Source: Candidatus Eiseniibacteriota bacterium
GTDB lineage: Bacteria; Joyebacterota; Joyebacteria; Joyebacterales; Joyebacteraceae
Assembly (NCBI GenBank): GCA_043815815.1
Contig: JBDRIO010000009.1
Coordinates: 2,751 to 66,750 of the forward strand
Length of the DNA: 64,000 bases
Reading direction: 5' to 3'
Positions within the stretch are counted from its first letter, which is position 1, and the number at the start of each line of letters is the position of its first letter. A program made the translations under genes and the position numbers. Shown one piece after another: positions 29,085 to 37,894 of this stretch. The notes below the pieces were generated by a model. It saw nothing but the letters and a program-made list of their open reading frames with translations. It ran no database searches and was not told where the DNA came from.

Positions 29085-29252
29085 GAGCGCGATTTCCTTA
29101 CATAATGGAGCGAAAACGAATCGGAACCCTTGCCAAGGGAGGTGAGAGGTACAGGCACATCCCCGGGGCACGTCCGCCCATGCGATTAGGGCCTGCGGGC
29201 CCGCAGCTTTTCAAGACGACAGAGGGTCGCACTACCAGGATTGGAGGAAGAA

Positions 29253-30914
29253 ATGAAGGCCAGAGCCATCGTAGCAGCCGTTCTCGCCCTCGCCGCGCTG
29301 GCGCTGTGCGCCGCGCCGGCGGCGGGACAGGTTCCCGAGAAGATGAACTATCAGGTACGTCTCACCGACGACGCGGACCAGCCGCTCGCCAACGAGACGC
29401 ACGGCGTGTCGTTCCGCGTTCACAACGTGGCCAGCGGCGGCCCCATTCTGTGGCAGGAGAACCACAACCTCACGACCGACTCGAACGGCGTGGTCTCCGT
29501 GGTCCTGGGCTCCATCAACCCGCTCACCATCGGCTTCGACGTGCCGCTGTGGCTCGAGATAAGGATCGAGGACGAGATCCTCGATCCGAGGCGCGAGCTG
29601 CTCTCCACCCCGTACGCGCTCTACGCGCGAACGACCCAGAACGTCGCCTACGCCACGGCCGCGGGCACCGCTGACACGGCCGCGCAGGCCCTGAACTCCG
29701 ACAACCTGGGCGGGACGGCCGCGGCGGACTTCGTGCTCGACTCCGACCTCGTGACGTTCGGGACCGACTACGTTCTCAAGGTCGACCTCGCGACCGTGGG
29801 CACCATCAACGACACAACCAACCCGGCAGACTGGACGAAGCTCAAGGGCGTGCCGGCCGACTTCGCCGACGGTTCGGACGACACGGGCCCCGGCGACGGC
29901 CACTCGCTCGACGCCTCCGACGGAGACCCGGCGAACGTCGTCGCCGTCGATGCCGACGGTGTCGTGACGATAGGCAGCGCGTCGCTCGATGCCTCTCTCG
30001 TGCTGTACGGTGAGGACGGCCCCAGGGTCGCGATCATGAACCTCGGGGACTACTCCGACTACGGCGGAACGATCAACCTGAACCCGTCCGCGGGCGGCAG
30101 CGCCCACACGCAGCTTCAGCCGGACGTCGACGGCGGCGCCGGCTTCTTCTACGTCGACTCGCAGGCGGCCGGAGGCTTCATCGTAGACGGCAACGACGAG
30201 AGCGACGGCTCGCCGGTCGTCCAGATCGTCGGGGCAGGCTCGACGGTCGAGTTCGATGTCGGCGAGACGGGTGACGCGTCCGTCCAGCTCCCGAGCGGCG
30301 CCGTGAACAGCACGGAGACGCTCGACGAGCCCGGCGTGGGCTGCTACTACACGGGCGCCGGCACTCAGATCATCCCCACGTACGCGCCGGTCGTTTCGCA
30401 GTCGATAGTCGCGCCCGGACCCGGCTACGCGTTCGTCATTGCCACCGGACAGGCCAACTGCACGCACGACACGACCGCGGTCAGCAGGCTCTTCTTCGGC
30501 GTCTCACCGGACAGCACGGTGCTGGCGGAGGGACTCGACCAGGAGATACAGCTCGAGGAGACCGTGCCGGGCGGAGCCTACAAGTTCGCGTTCGCTCCCG
30601 CGGCCGTCTTCCCCGTGGGTTCCGCGGGGACCCACACGTTCTACCTGACGGCGAGCGCGGCGGGGACCTGGTACATCTACGACGTGGCCTTGAGCGTCCT
30701 CTACTTCCCCACGGCCTACGGCAGCGTCACCGGCAGCGTCAAGGCCGCGAGCGCGCAGAGCGATGCCGACGCGGTGTCCGCCTCCTCCGGCGTGGAGGTT
30801 CGGAAGGCCCAGTCTGAGGCCGCCAACGACGCCCGCATCGAGCGCGAGCTGGCCGAGATGGAAGCCAGGATCGCCGAGATCCGCGAGGGAATGACCGACA
30901 GGAACAGACCATAG
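29253..30914 (+). CDS. secreted fibre/adhesin-like protein with NYQ N-terminal domain and C-terminal coiled coil
   Basis: Signal peptide, then QVPEKMNYQVRLTD...STPYALYA; Gly-rich beta segments; ARIERELAEMEARIAEIRE. Confidence 0.65.
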   Translation: MKARAIVAAVLALAALALCAAPAAGQVPEKMNYQVRLTDDADQPLANETHGVSFRVHNVASGGPILWQENHNLTTDSNGVVSVVLGSINPLTIGFDVPLWLEIRIEDEILDPRRELLSTPYALYARTTQNVAYATAAGTADTAAQALNSDNLGGTAAADFVLDSDLVTFGTDYVLKVDLATVGTINDTTNPADWTKLKGVPADFADGSDDTGPGDGHSLDASDGDPANVVAVDADGVVTIGSASLDASLVLYGEDGPRVAIMNLGDYSDYGGTINLNPSAGGSAHTQLQPDVDGGAGFFYVDSQAAGGFIVDGNDESDGSPVVQIVGAGSTVEFDVGETGDASVQLPSGAVNSTETLDEPGVGCYYTGAGTQIIPTYAPVVSQSIVAPGPGYAFVIATGQANCTHDTTAVSRLFFGVSPDSTVLAEGLDQEIQLEETVPGGAYKFAFAPAAVFPVGSAGTHTFYLTASAAGTWYIYDVALSVLYFPTAYGSVTGSVKAASAQSDADAVSASSGVEVRKAQSEAANDARIERELAEMEARIAEIREGMTDRNRP

Positions 30915-30971
30915 CGACGGTTCGCTGGCAGGCTGACAGCGAACACCGGCCTCTGCAAGGAGGGATCTGGT

Positions 30972-31799
30972 ATGAGAACGTCACGCGGAGTCCCACGCTG
31001 GGCTACGCTCGCGGCAGTGCTGGTGGCGGTCGTCTTCATGTCCGTACCGGCGTTCGGCTACAGGGTGGGCGCCGAGGTCACAAGCGGCGGCGGCGGGGAA
31101 TCGACGTCGCCGTCCTACAAGGCGCACGACACGGTTGCACAGGCGCCGATCGGACCGGTCGGAGAGAGCACCAACTACAAGGGCTACGACGGATTCTGGA
31201 TGATACTCCCCTCGACCACGACTCCGGTCGACGGGTCGTTCTACGGCGATGTCGGGGACGGCGGAGCAGTCGTGCTCCGCTGGACGGTCTCGTCCCTCTA
31301 CGATGTCGTGGGCCTGAACGTCTACCGTGCGACGTCGGAGGAGGGCCCGTTCGAGCTTCTGAACGAGGAGCCGCTCGAGCCCGCCTCTCCCGGGAGCTTC
31401 GAGGATACCGGCGTCTGGCCCGAGACGACGTTCTGGTACGAGCTCCGGGTCGTCCTGACGGACGGCACCGAGGACGTGGTCGTGGGCTCGCCCGCGATGG
31501 TCAAGACCGAAGGCAAGCTCTCTCTCGCGCTCTACCCCGCAAGTCCGAACCCGTTCGGCGACGCGACGAGCGTGCGGTTCGACGTTCCGGACCACGTGGG
31601 CGCGGTCAGCCTCGTCATCTACAACGTGCGCGGACAGGTCGTGCGCAGGCTCGTGGACGAACCGATGGACCGGGGACGCTACGAGCGGGCCTGGGACGGT
31701 CGTGACGACTCCGGCGCTCAGGTGGCCGCGGGCGTCTACTTCTCGCGCCTGATCGTCGACGACAAATCCGAGCGGCAGAAGATGATGCTCCTCAAGTAG
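30972..31799 (+). CDS. small secreted protein with Ig module and FlgD-like tail
   Basis: Signal peptide; SGGGGESTS..Y...DTVAQ..IG...Y..YDGFW; tail PNPF...IYNVRGQVVR...WDGRDDSG.QVAAGVYF. Confidence 0.75.
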   Translation: MRTSRGVPRWATLAAVLVAVVFMSVPAFGYRVGAEVTSGGGGESTSPSYKAHDTVAQAPIGPVGESTNYKGYDGFWMILPSTTTPVDGSFYGDVGDGGAVVLRWTVSSLYDVVGLNVYRATSEEGPFELLNEEPLEPASPGSFEDTGVWPETTFWYELRVVLTDGTEDVVVGSPAMVKTEGKLSLALYPASPNPFGDATSVRFDVPDHVGAVSLVIYNVRGQVVRRLVDEPMDRGRYERAWDGRDDSGAQVAAGVYFSRLIVDDKSERQKMMLLK

Positions 31800-31923
31800 C
31801 GTCGTGGAAGCAGGGGGCCGCGCCCGGCAGGCCCGGCCCCCGCTCCAGCCCTCCCTCGGTTCACCTCCACTCCGTTCCCGACCGAGGGTGCACCCGAGCC
31901 CCATCGACGATAGGAGACCCACG

Positions 31924-33627
31924 ATGAGAGCCATCAACACGTGCCTGATTCTAGTGGCCGCGGCGCTTCTCCTTGCCGCCGTGCCCGCAGGCGCTCAGGT
32001 ACCGACCACGATGAACTATCAGGTCATGCTGACCGATAACGCCGACCTGGCGCTCGTCGACACGGCCGTCCAGGTCGTGTTCCGTCTGTACACCGATCCG
32101 CTCGTGGGCTCGCTCGAGTGGACCGAGACCCACAACACGCAGACGAACCACATCGGCGTCGTGTCGGTCGTCCTCGGCGAGACGACTCCCTTAGACCCCA
32201 CCGACTTCGACCAGCCGCTCTGGCTCGAGGTAGAGATCGGGGGCGAGACCATGACGCCGCGCCGCGAACTGACGTCCGCCGCGTTCGCGCTGCGCGCGCA
32301 CGATTCGGACTACCTCGGCGGGGTGCTTGCCTCGGAGTATGCCTTGAGCTCCGGGACCGGCGACGGCCACTCGCTCGACGCGTCGGACGGAAGCCCCATC
32401 AACCAGGTCTACGTCGCGGCCGACGGGAACGTCGGCATAGGCACGACCAGCCCGAACGAGGACATCCACGTGCACGACGCGACGGGCCTCGTTTATCAGA
32501 GGTTCACGAACTCCACGACCGGGACCGGGACGGGCGACGGTTTCAAGATTGGGATTAACGGGGCGGGGAACGCCTACATCCACCAGTACGAGGCCGAGTC
32601 ACTCTTCTTCAGCACCAGCGGCATCTACCGCGGCCAGTTCGACTCGGACGGCACGTTCGAACTCGGGAACAACCTCACGAGCGGTTACTTCGAGCTCTAT
32701 CTCGGCGGTTCCACCGACCCCATCGTCTTCATGGGGAACAACGGAGGAGGGGGCGGCGAGGCTGAGTTCTACGACAGCGCCGGACTGCGGCACACGTTCA
32801 TCGAACCCGACATCGACGGTGGCGGAGGCGGGTTCCTTGGCGTCAACGACGACGGCAGCGGCTACGACGGCATTTTCCTCGACGGCAACCACCTCGGCTC
32901 GGGCGACGCGTCTCTCTCGGTCACCGGCAGCGGGTCGACGTCTCGGTTCAACGCCGGCGAGGCCGGGGACGACGCTGTCGTGCTTCCGACGAGCGCCATC
33001 AACGCCACCGAGATGTTCAACGAACCCGGCGCGGCCGGCGCGTATGACACCGGGTCCTTTGCGCTCACGGGTGCCATCGACATTCTGGAGTCCCGCACGA
33101 TCGTGTGCCCGGGTCCCGGCTACGTTCTGGCGATAGCGACGGGCGAAGCATGGTGCGATGGCGGTGGCTCAAGCGACGCCGCGAATTTCGGCGTGTCGAC
33201 GTCCTCGAGCGCGCTCCCGTCGGGGGGAGCCATCTATGTTCGTGTGCCGGACGGGTCGGGCACCGGCACCTGGTTTCAGTCGGTCACCGTACACGGGCTC
33301 TTCGAGACGCCCGGCGGCTCGGATGTCTTCTACTTCCTTGCCGATCTCGTGATCGGCGACTGGACGGTATCGGACAGGAAGTTGAGCCTTATCTACATCC
33401 CGACCGCCTACGGGACCGTCACCCCGACGATGCTCGCTCCCGCCGGCGACCCGGAGACTGACGTCCCCGAGGCCGGTCGGCCGCTCACCGAGGCCGACCT
33501 CGCGTTCGAGCACAGCGAGTCGATCGCCGCCAACCAGGCCCGCATCGACGCGGAGCTCGCCGCGATGAGGACGGAGATGGCAGAGCTCAAAGCGGAGCTC
33601 CGTGCGCAGAACGGTTCCGGCAACTAG
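31924..33627 (+). CDS. secreted fibre/adhesin-like protein (paralogue of 29253)
   Basis: QVPTTMNYQVMLTD; shared GDGHSLDASDG and PGPGY motifs; GNVGIGTTSP; C-terminal coiled coil. Confidence 0.65.
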   Translation: MRAINTCLILVAAALLLAAVPAGAQVPTTMNYQVMLTDNADLALVDTAVQVVFRLYTDPLVGSLEWTETHNTQTNHIGVVSVVLGETTPLDPTDFDQPLWLEVEIGGETMTPRRELTSAAFALRAHDSDYLGGVLASEYALSSGTGDGHSLDASDGSPINQVYVAADGNVGIGTTSPNEDIHVHDATGLVYQRFTNSTTGTGTGDGFKIGINGAGNAYIHQYEAESLFFSTSGIYRGQFDSDGTFELGNNLTSGYFELYLGGSTDPIVFMGNNGGGGGEAEFYDSAGLRHTFIEPDIDGGGGGFLGVNDDGSGYDGIFLDGNHLGSGDASLSVTGSGSTSRFNAGEAGDDAVVLPTSAINATEMFNEPGAAGAYDTGSFALTGAIDILESRTIVCPGPGYVLAIATGEAWCDGGGSSDAANFGVSTSSSALPSGGAIYVRVPDGSGTGTWFQSVTVHGLFETPGGSDVFYFLADLVIGDWTVSDRKLSLIYIPTAYGTVTPTMLAPAGDPETDVPEAGRPLTEADLAFEHSESIAANQARIDAELAAMRTEMAELKAELRAQNGSGN

Positions 33628-33639
33628 TCCCGCTAGTCT

Positions 33640-33670
33640 CGAAGCCCCCCGGGATCCCCGGGGGGCTTCG
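33640..33670 (+). terminator. 14-bp stem hairpin after the fibre genes
   Basis: cgaagccccccggg-atc-cccggggggcttcg. Confidence 0.6.
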
Positions 33671-33684
33671 CTTGGAGGGCCACC

Positions 33685-35094
33685 ATCGAGCGCATCGTTC
33701 TCTCCTTCTGTTCCCTGAGCCTCCTGCTTCTCGTCGGGCAGCTCGTCCGGACCCGCGTCCGGTGGACCCAGCGCCTGCTCCTCCCCGCCTCCGTCATCGG
33801 CGGCATCGTAGGCCTCATCGTCGTCCAGTTGCTCGGGCGCTACGCTCCCGGGACTGAGACCTTCCTGGGCGACGCGACCGCGGGCTGGAGCAGACTCCCC
33901 GGGCTCCTCATCAACGTCGTCTTCGCCACGCTCTTCCTTGGCGTGGCGATCCCTCCGCTCCGCAGGGTCTGGCGCATCTCGGGCCCGCAGCTCGCGTACG
34001 GACAGGTCGTCGCGTGGGGGCAGTACGCGGTTGGACTCGGCCTCACGCTGCTCCTGCTCTCGCGCTTCTTCGACATCCCGCCGATGTTCGGGGCCTTGAT
34101 TCCCGTCGGCTTCGAGGGCGGCCACGGCACCGCCGCCGGTCTCGCACAGGTGTTCGCTGACAAGGGCTGGCCGGACGGCCTTCACCTTGCGCTGGGCTCA
34201 GCCACAGTCGGCGTGGTGGCGGGCGTCACGATAGGGATGGCGCTCATCAACTGGGCTGCGAGGAGGCGATACTGCCGGGGAGCGGCGGAGCAGTGCGTGA
34301 CGTCGGGCACGTGCGGTGACGGCATCGTACCGAAGGAGGCACGTGAAAGTGCGGGCTTCCTCACATTCAGGTCGGAGTCGGTCGAAACGCTGGCGGTGCA
34401 CCTCGCGGTCGTGGCGGTGGCGATCCTCATCGGCCTGGGCCTCAAGGTAGGACTGAGCTCGCTCGAGGGGCTCTGGCTCACGGACCCGAAGAACGCCATC
34501 CTCGGTAGCTTCCCGCTCTTCCCACTCGCGATGTTGGGCGGTGTGGTCGTCCAGAAGCTCTTCGACAGGTTCGACACGAAGGACGTGCTCGACCGCGGCA
34601 CGATGCAGCGACTCCAGGGACTGGCGCTCGACTACCTCATCGTCGCGGCGCTCGCCACGCTCAAGATCGAGGCCATCGTCTCGAACCTGGCACCGTTCCT
34701 GATACTCATGACGGCGGGCATAGCCTGGAACGTGTGGTGCGTCGTCTACCTCGCGCGCCGCATGCTGCCCGACGCCTGGTTCGAGCGGAGCATCGCGGAG
34801 TTCGGCCAGTCGACGGGCGTCACCGCGACCGGCATCCTGCTCCTCCGGGTCGCGGACCCCAAACTAGAAACGACCGCGGCCGACGCGTTCGGCTATAAGC
34901 AGCTCCTGCACGAGCCGTTCATGGGCGGCGGCCTGTGGACGAGCACGGTCATACCGCTCCTCTACGTGTTCAGGCACAACCCCTGGCCGATCTGGTGGAT
35001 CACGATCGGCGCCATCGGCGTCTGGCTCTTCGTGAGATTCGTGATCTTCAGGAGGGCGTGGGCGCCCGAGCCTACCCGATCCTCAAGCCTCTGA
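33685..35094 (+). CDS. gltS: sodium/glutamate symporter (GltS family); proposed ATC start
   Basis: LLLPASVIGG, GFEGGHGTAA, FPLFPLAMLGG, FGQSTGVTATG. The homologous N-terminus extends upstream of the ORF-track TTG to an SD-preceded ATC. Confidence 0.85.
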   Translation: MERIVLSFCSLSLLLLVGQLVRTRVRWTQRLLLPASVIGGIVGLIVVQLLGRYAPGTETFLGDATAGWSRLPGLLINVVFATLFLGVAIPPLRRVWRISGPQLAYGQVVAWGQYAVGLGLTLLLLSRFFDIPPMFGALIPVGFEGGHGTAAGLAQVFADKGWPDGLHLALGSATVGVVAGVTIGMALINWAARRRYCRGAAEQCVTSGTCGDGIVPKEARESAGFLTFRSESVETLAVHLAVVAVAILIGLGLKVGLSSLEGLWLTDPKNAILGSFPLFPLAMLGGVVVQKLFDRFDTKDVLDRGTMQRLQGLALDYLIVAALATLKIEAIVSNLAPFLILMTAGIAWNVWCVVYLARRMLPDAWFERSIAEFGQSTGVTATGILLLRVADPKLETTAADAFGYKQLLHEPFMGGGLWTSTVIPLLYVFRHNPWPIWWITIGAIGVWLFVRFVIFRRAWAPEPTRSSSL

Positions 35095-36073
35095 GTTCCG
35101 AGTCCGCCATCGGGGCGACGTCGAGCGTGAACGTCGTCTCCCGGCCGCGTCGCTCGCACACGACGGGAACGCGCGGAAGCTCGCGCCCCTTGCCGTAACG
35201 CACGGTCATGGCAGCCGCCAGCTCGAGCTGGTCCACGTCGGCGTCGCCTCGGACGAGCGTCGTCGGCCCCGGGACGCCGTCGGCGCGAAGCACGGCGTCG
35301 CCCAGGAGCGCGAGCGCCACGAGCTTGGCGTTCTCAGCCTCGTCGCGTCCCACGACGGCCTTCGCGGAGCGGCCAAGTCGGAAGTGCCGTCCTACCTTCA
35401 GGAGCGTCACGTCCTCGCGGCTCAGGTGTCCGGCGTGCTCGAGCAGGTCACGGAGACGAACGGCGAAGATGGGATCGGTGAGAAGGCACCCGCCCGCCGG
35501 ACAAGGGTAGTCCTTGAGACCGAACTCGTCCGCGAGCAGCATCTGCGTGCCGCGCGACCTCCCCTGGATGGCGAGGAGCCTCCTACGGTCGACCCACCCC
35601 TCGGTCTCGGGGACGGTCGGCTCGAGCAGCGTCGCCGAGAGGGGCCTGACGATGAGCCCCCGGAGCCCCGACTCGCGCTCGATGAGCTGCATCGCCTGCA
35701 GTCGCTGCGACATCGGACGCTGCCCCAGCACCTCTCCGGTCACGGCGAAGGACGCGCCGATCTCGTCCATGTACCGCCTGGCCCGCTTGAGCATCATGAT
35801 GCGGCAGTCGATGCACGGATTCATGCCGCGGCCGTACCCGTGGGGCGGGTTCTCCACGATCCTCAGGAACTCGTCGGTCGCGTTCTCGACCTTGAGGTCG
35901 ATCCCAAGCTGCCTGACCGCCGACCTGGCCGCCGAGCACGACGAGTCCTTCGGGGTGCAGCAACAGAAGACGGTGGTCAGGTTGTACGCCGACACCTCTA
36001 TGCCCTGCTCGAGCATGAGACGGATGGCCACCATACTGTCGAGTCCGCCCGACAGGAGCGCCACTGCCTTCAC
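35072..36073 (-). CDS. ThiI/MnmA-like PP-loop tRNA thiolation family protein (DUF814-type C-terminus)
   Basis: AVALLSGGLDS, NPCIDCR, TGEVLGQRPMSQ, PAGGCLLTD, GRHFRL. Confidence 0.82.
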   Translation of the reverse strand: MKAVALLSGGLDSMVAIRLMLEQGIEVSAYNLTTVFCCCTPKDSSCSAARSAVRQLGIDLKVENATDEFLRIVENPPHGYGRGMNPCIDCRIMMLKRARRYMDEIGASFAVTGEVLGQRPMSQRLQAMQLIERESGLRGLIVRPLSATLLEPTVPETEGWVDRRRLLAIQGRSRGTQMLLADEFGLKDYPCPAGGCLLTDPIFAVRLRDLLEHAGHLSREDVTLLKVGRHFRLGRSAKAVVGRDEAENAKLVALALLGDAVLRADGVPGPTTLVRGDADVDQLELAAAMTVRYGKGRELPRVPVVCERRGRETTFTLDVAPMADSELRGLRIG

Positions 36074-36299
36074 GAGTTCTTCGCCCTCCGGGGCCTACGG
36101 TGGCCCCAAGACCGGGTGTGTTCGGGGGATATGCCCATTCTAACCGGCCGGGCCGGCTCTGGCCAGTTGTGACTTCCGGGGCCCCGGCGGCCATCTTTTC
36201 CGCAACCCTGAGAACATCCTTGACAAGGGACCCCTCCTGACGCACGATGCGCGGTGAAAGGATGGCCAACCGTCACTGGTCCAAGAAGGAGGTGAGTGA

Positions 36300-36536
36300 A
36301 TGAGACGTTTCACGACGTGGGCGGTGCTCGTCGCGATGTCTCTCGGTCTCATCATGACCCTGGGCTGCCAGCAGGCAGAAGAGCCGATGGAGCAGGCCCA
36401 GGAGATGACCGAGGAAGCGGGAGAGATGGTCGACGAGGCAGCCGAGACCGTGGGTGAGACGGCCGAAGAGGCCGGCGAGATGGTCGAAGAGGCCGGCGAG
36501 GTGGTCGAAGACGCCAAGAAGGCCGCCGGCAACTAG
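36300..36536 (+). CDS. small acidic lipoprotein with heptad repeats
   Basis: SD AAGGAGG; lipobox TLGC; (EEAGEMV)n repeats. Confidence 0.75.
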   Translation: MRRFTTWAVLVAMSLGLIMTLGCQQAEEPMEQAQEMTEEAGEMVDEAAETVGETAEEAGEMVEEAGEVVEDAKKAAGN

Positions 36537-36662
36537 CACATCATTGACCGTCCGGCTCGCCGCGGAGCTTCGCACGCGCTCCGCCGGCACAAGCCGCCGG
36601 GGTGCATTTCCCGACTCGCCCCCTCCTCCGCGGCGATGACGGGCGGAACGCACCATCGAATG

Positions 36663-36692
36663 ACAGGGCCGCCCCGAACGGGGCGGCCCTGT
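36663..36692 (+). terminator. hairpin terminator
   Basis: acagggccgcccc-gaac-ggggcggccctgt. Confidence 0.6.
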
Positions 36693-36717
36693 TCACGAGT
36701 GACCGGAAGGGAACCAG

Positions 36718-37878
36718 ATGAAGCGCGCGCCGTTCGCGCGACCTGCGAAGACCCTGCTCGTGCTCGCCGCGGTGTTCATCCTCGCGGTAGCGCTCGCGTC
36801 GTGTGACGCACTCACGGGCCCGGGAGGCATCATCGGGTTCCGGACGTACGCGCTCGGGTTCACCACGTTCCCCTACGCGATGACGACCGAGGCCGTCCTG
36901 GACACCTGGACCGTCATCGCGACCGACGGTGACATGGCCGTCCTGCACTACGACGGAGGTGTTCCCTGGCAGGAGGCCCTGGACGGCGCCGGCTATCCGG
37001 ACAACTTCGCGAATGACCTCGAGTTTTCCTCCAACATGATCCCCGGCGGCCACGTGACGTATCTGGCCGTGACGCCCATCAACAACCGCCGGAACGGCCT
37101 GGCGCTCAACCGCGGAGACCTTCCGAACGAGCCCCTTCCCGCCCCGTGGGACGGGTACGCGTTCGACGACCCTGACGTCATCTCGGCCTACAAGAACCAC
37201 TGTGACCGCGTGGTCGACGCGATCGACCCCGACTACTTCGCCTACGGCATCGAGGTCAATTCGCTCAGGTGGCTTTCGCCCGGGATGTGGGACGCCTACG
37301 TGACGATGACGGCCGACGTGTACGCGCACCTGAAGTCACGCTATCCGGATCTCCCGGTCTTCCTCACGTTCCAGGCCGACGCGTTCCACGGCTCTCCCTC
37401 TTCCCAGACGGCCGCCATCCAGGACGTCCTCCCCTACACGGACGTGGTCGCCGTGAGCGGCTATCCCTTCACGAACCCCTTCCTGAGTCCGCTCGGGGAC
37501 CCGCTCGCGGTGCGCGCCGACTACTTCACCTCGCTCTCGGACCTCTCCCCCGACAAGCCGTTCGCAATCGCCGAGACGGCCTGGCCGGCGGAGCCGGTGG
37601 GCGACCCGTACTGGCTCGACATACCCGCGACCGAGGAGACGCAGCTCCAGTACGTCGAGCGCGTCTTCGAGGACTGCGAGTATCTGGACGCGCTCTTCGT
37701 CTGCTGGTTCTTCTCACGCGACTACGATGACGTGTGGGACGAGTACTTCCAGTACGACCCGGAGGCGGGTCTCCTGAGGACGTGGAGGGACACCGGGCTC
37801 TACTCCGGGAACGGAGACGCCCGGCAGGCTCTCGGACTCTGGCTCCTCGCGCTGGAACGCCAGCTCGCATACCCCTGA
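36718..37878 (+). CDS. putative glycoside-hydrolase-like (TIM-barrel) lipoprotein
   Basis: Lipobox LASC; YFAYGIEVN, VAVSGYP and KPFAIAETAW resemble clan GH-A catalytic strands. Confidence 0.55.
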   Translation: MKRAPFARPAKTLLVLAAVFILAVALASCDALTGPGGIIGFRTYALGFTTFPYAMTTEAVLDTWTVIATDGDMAVLHYDGGVPWQEALDGAGYPDNFANDLEFSSNMIPGGHVTYLAVTPINNRRNGLALNRGDLPNEPLPAPWDGYAFDDPDVISAYKNHCDRVVDAIDPDYFAYGIEVNSLRWLSPGMWDAYVTMTADVYAHLKSRYPDLPVFLTFQADAFHGSPSSQTAAIQDVLPYTDVVAVSGYPFTNPFLSPLGDPLAVRADYFTSLSDLSPDKPFAIAETAWPAEPVGDPYWLDIPATEETQLQYVERVFEDCEYLDALFVCWFFSRDYDDVWDEYFQYDPEAGLLRTWRDTGLYSGNGDARQALGLWLLALERQLAYP

Positions 37879-37894
37879 CGGCGGGCCCGCCACG

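Noticed and set aside
29253-33627. Prophage tail-fibre region
   Set aside because: The proteins have Sec signal peptides and there are no integrase, capsid, terminase or other phage genes.
35072-36073. Functional link between the ThiI-like gene and the operon tusA
   Set aside because: They are about 28 kb apart in unrelated contexts; there is no sequence evidence for coupling.
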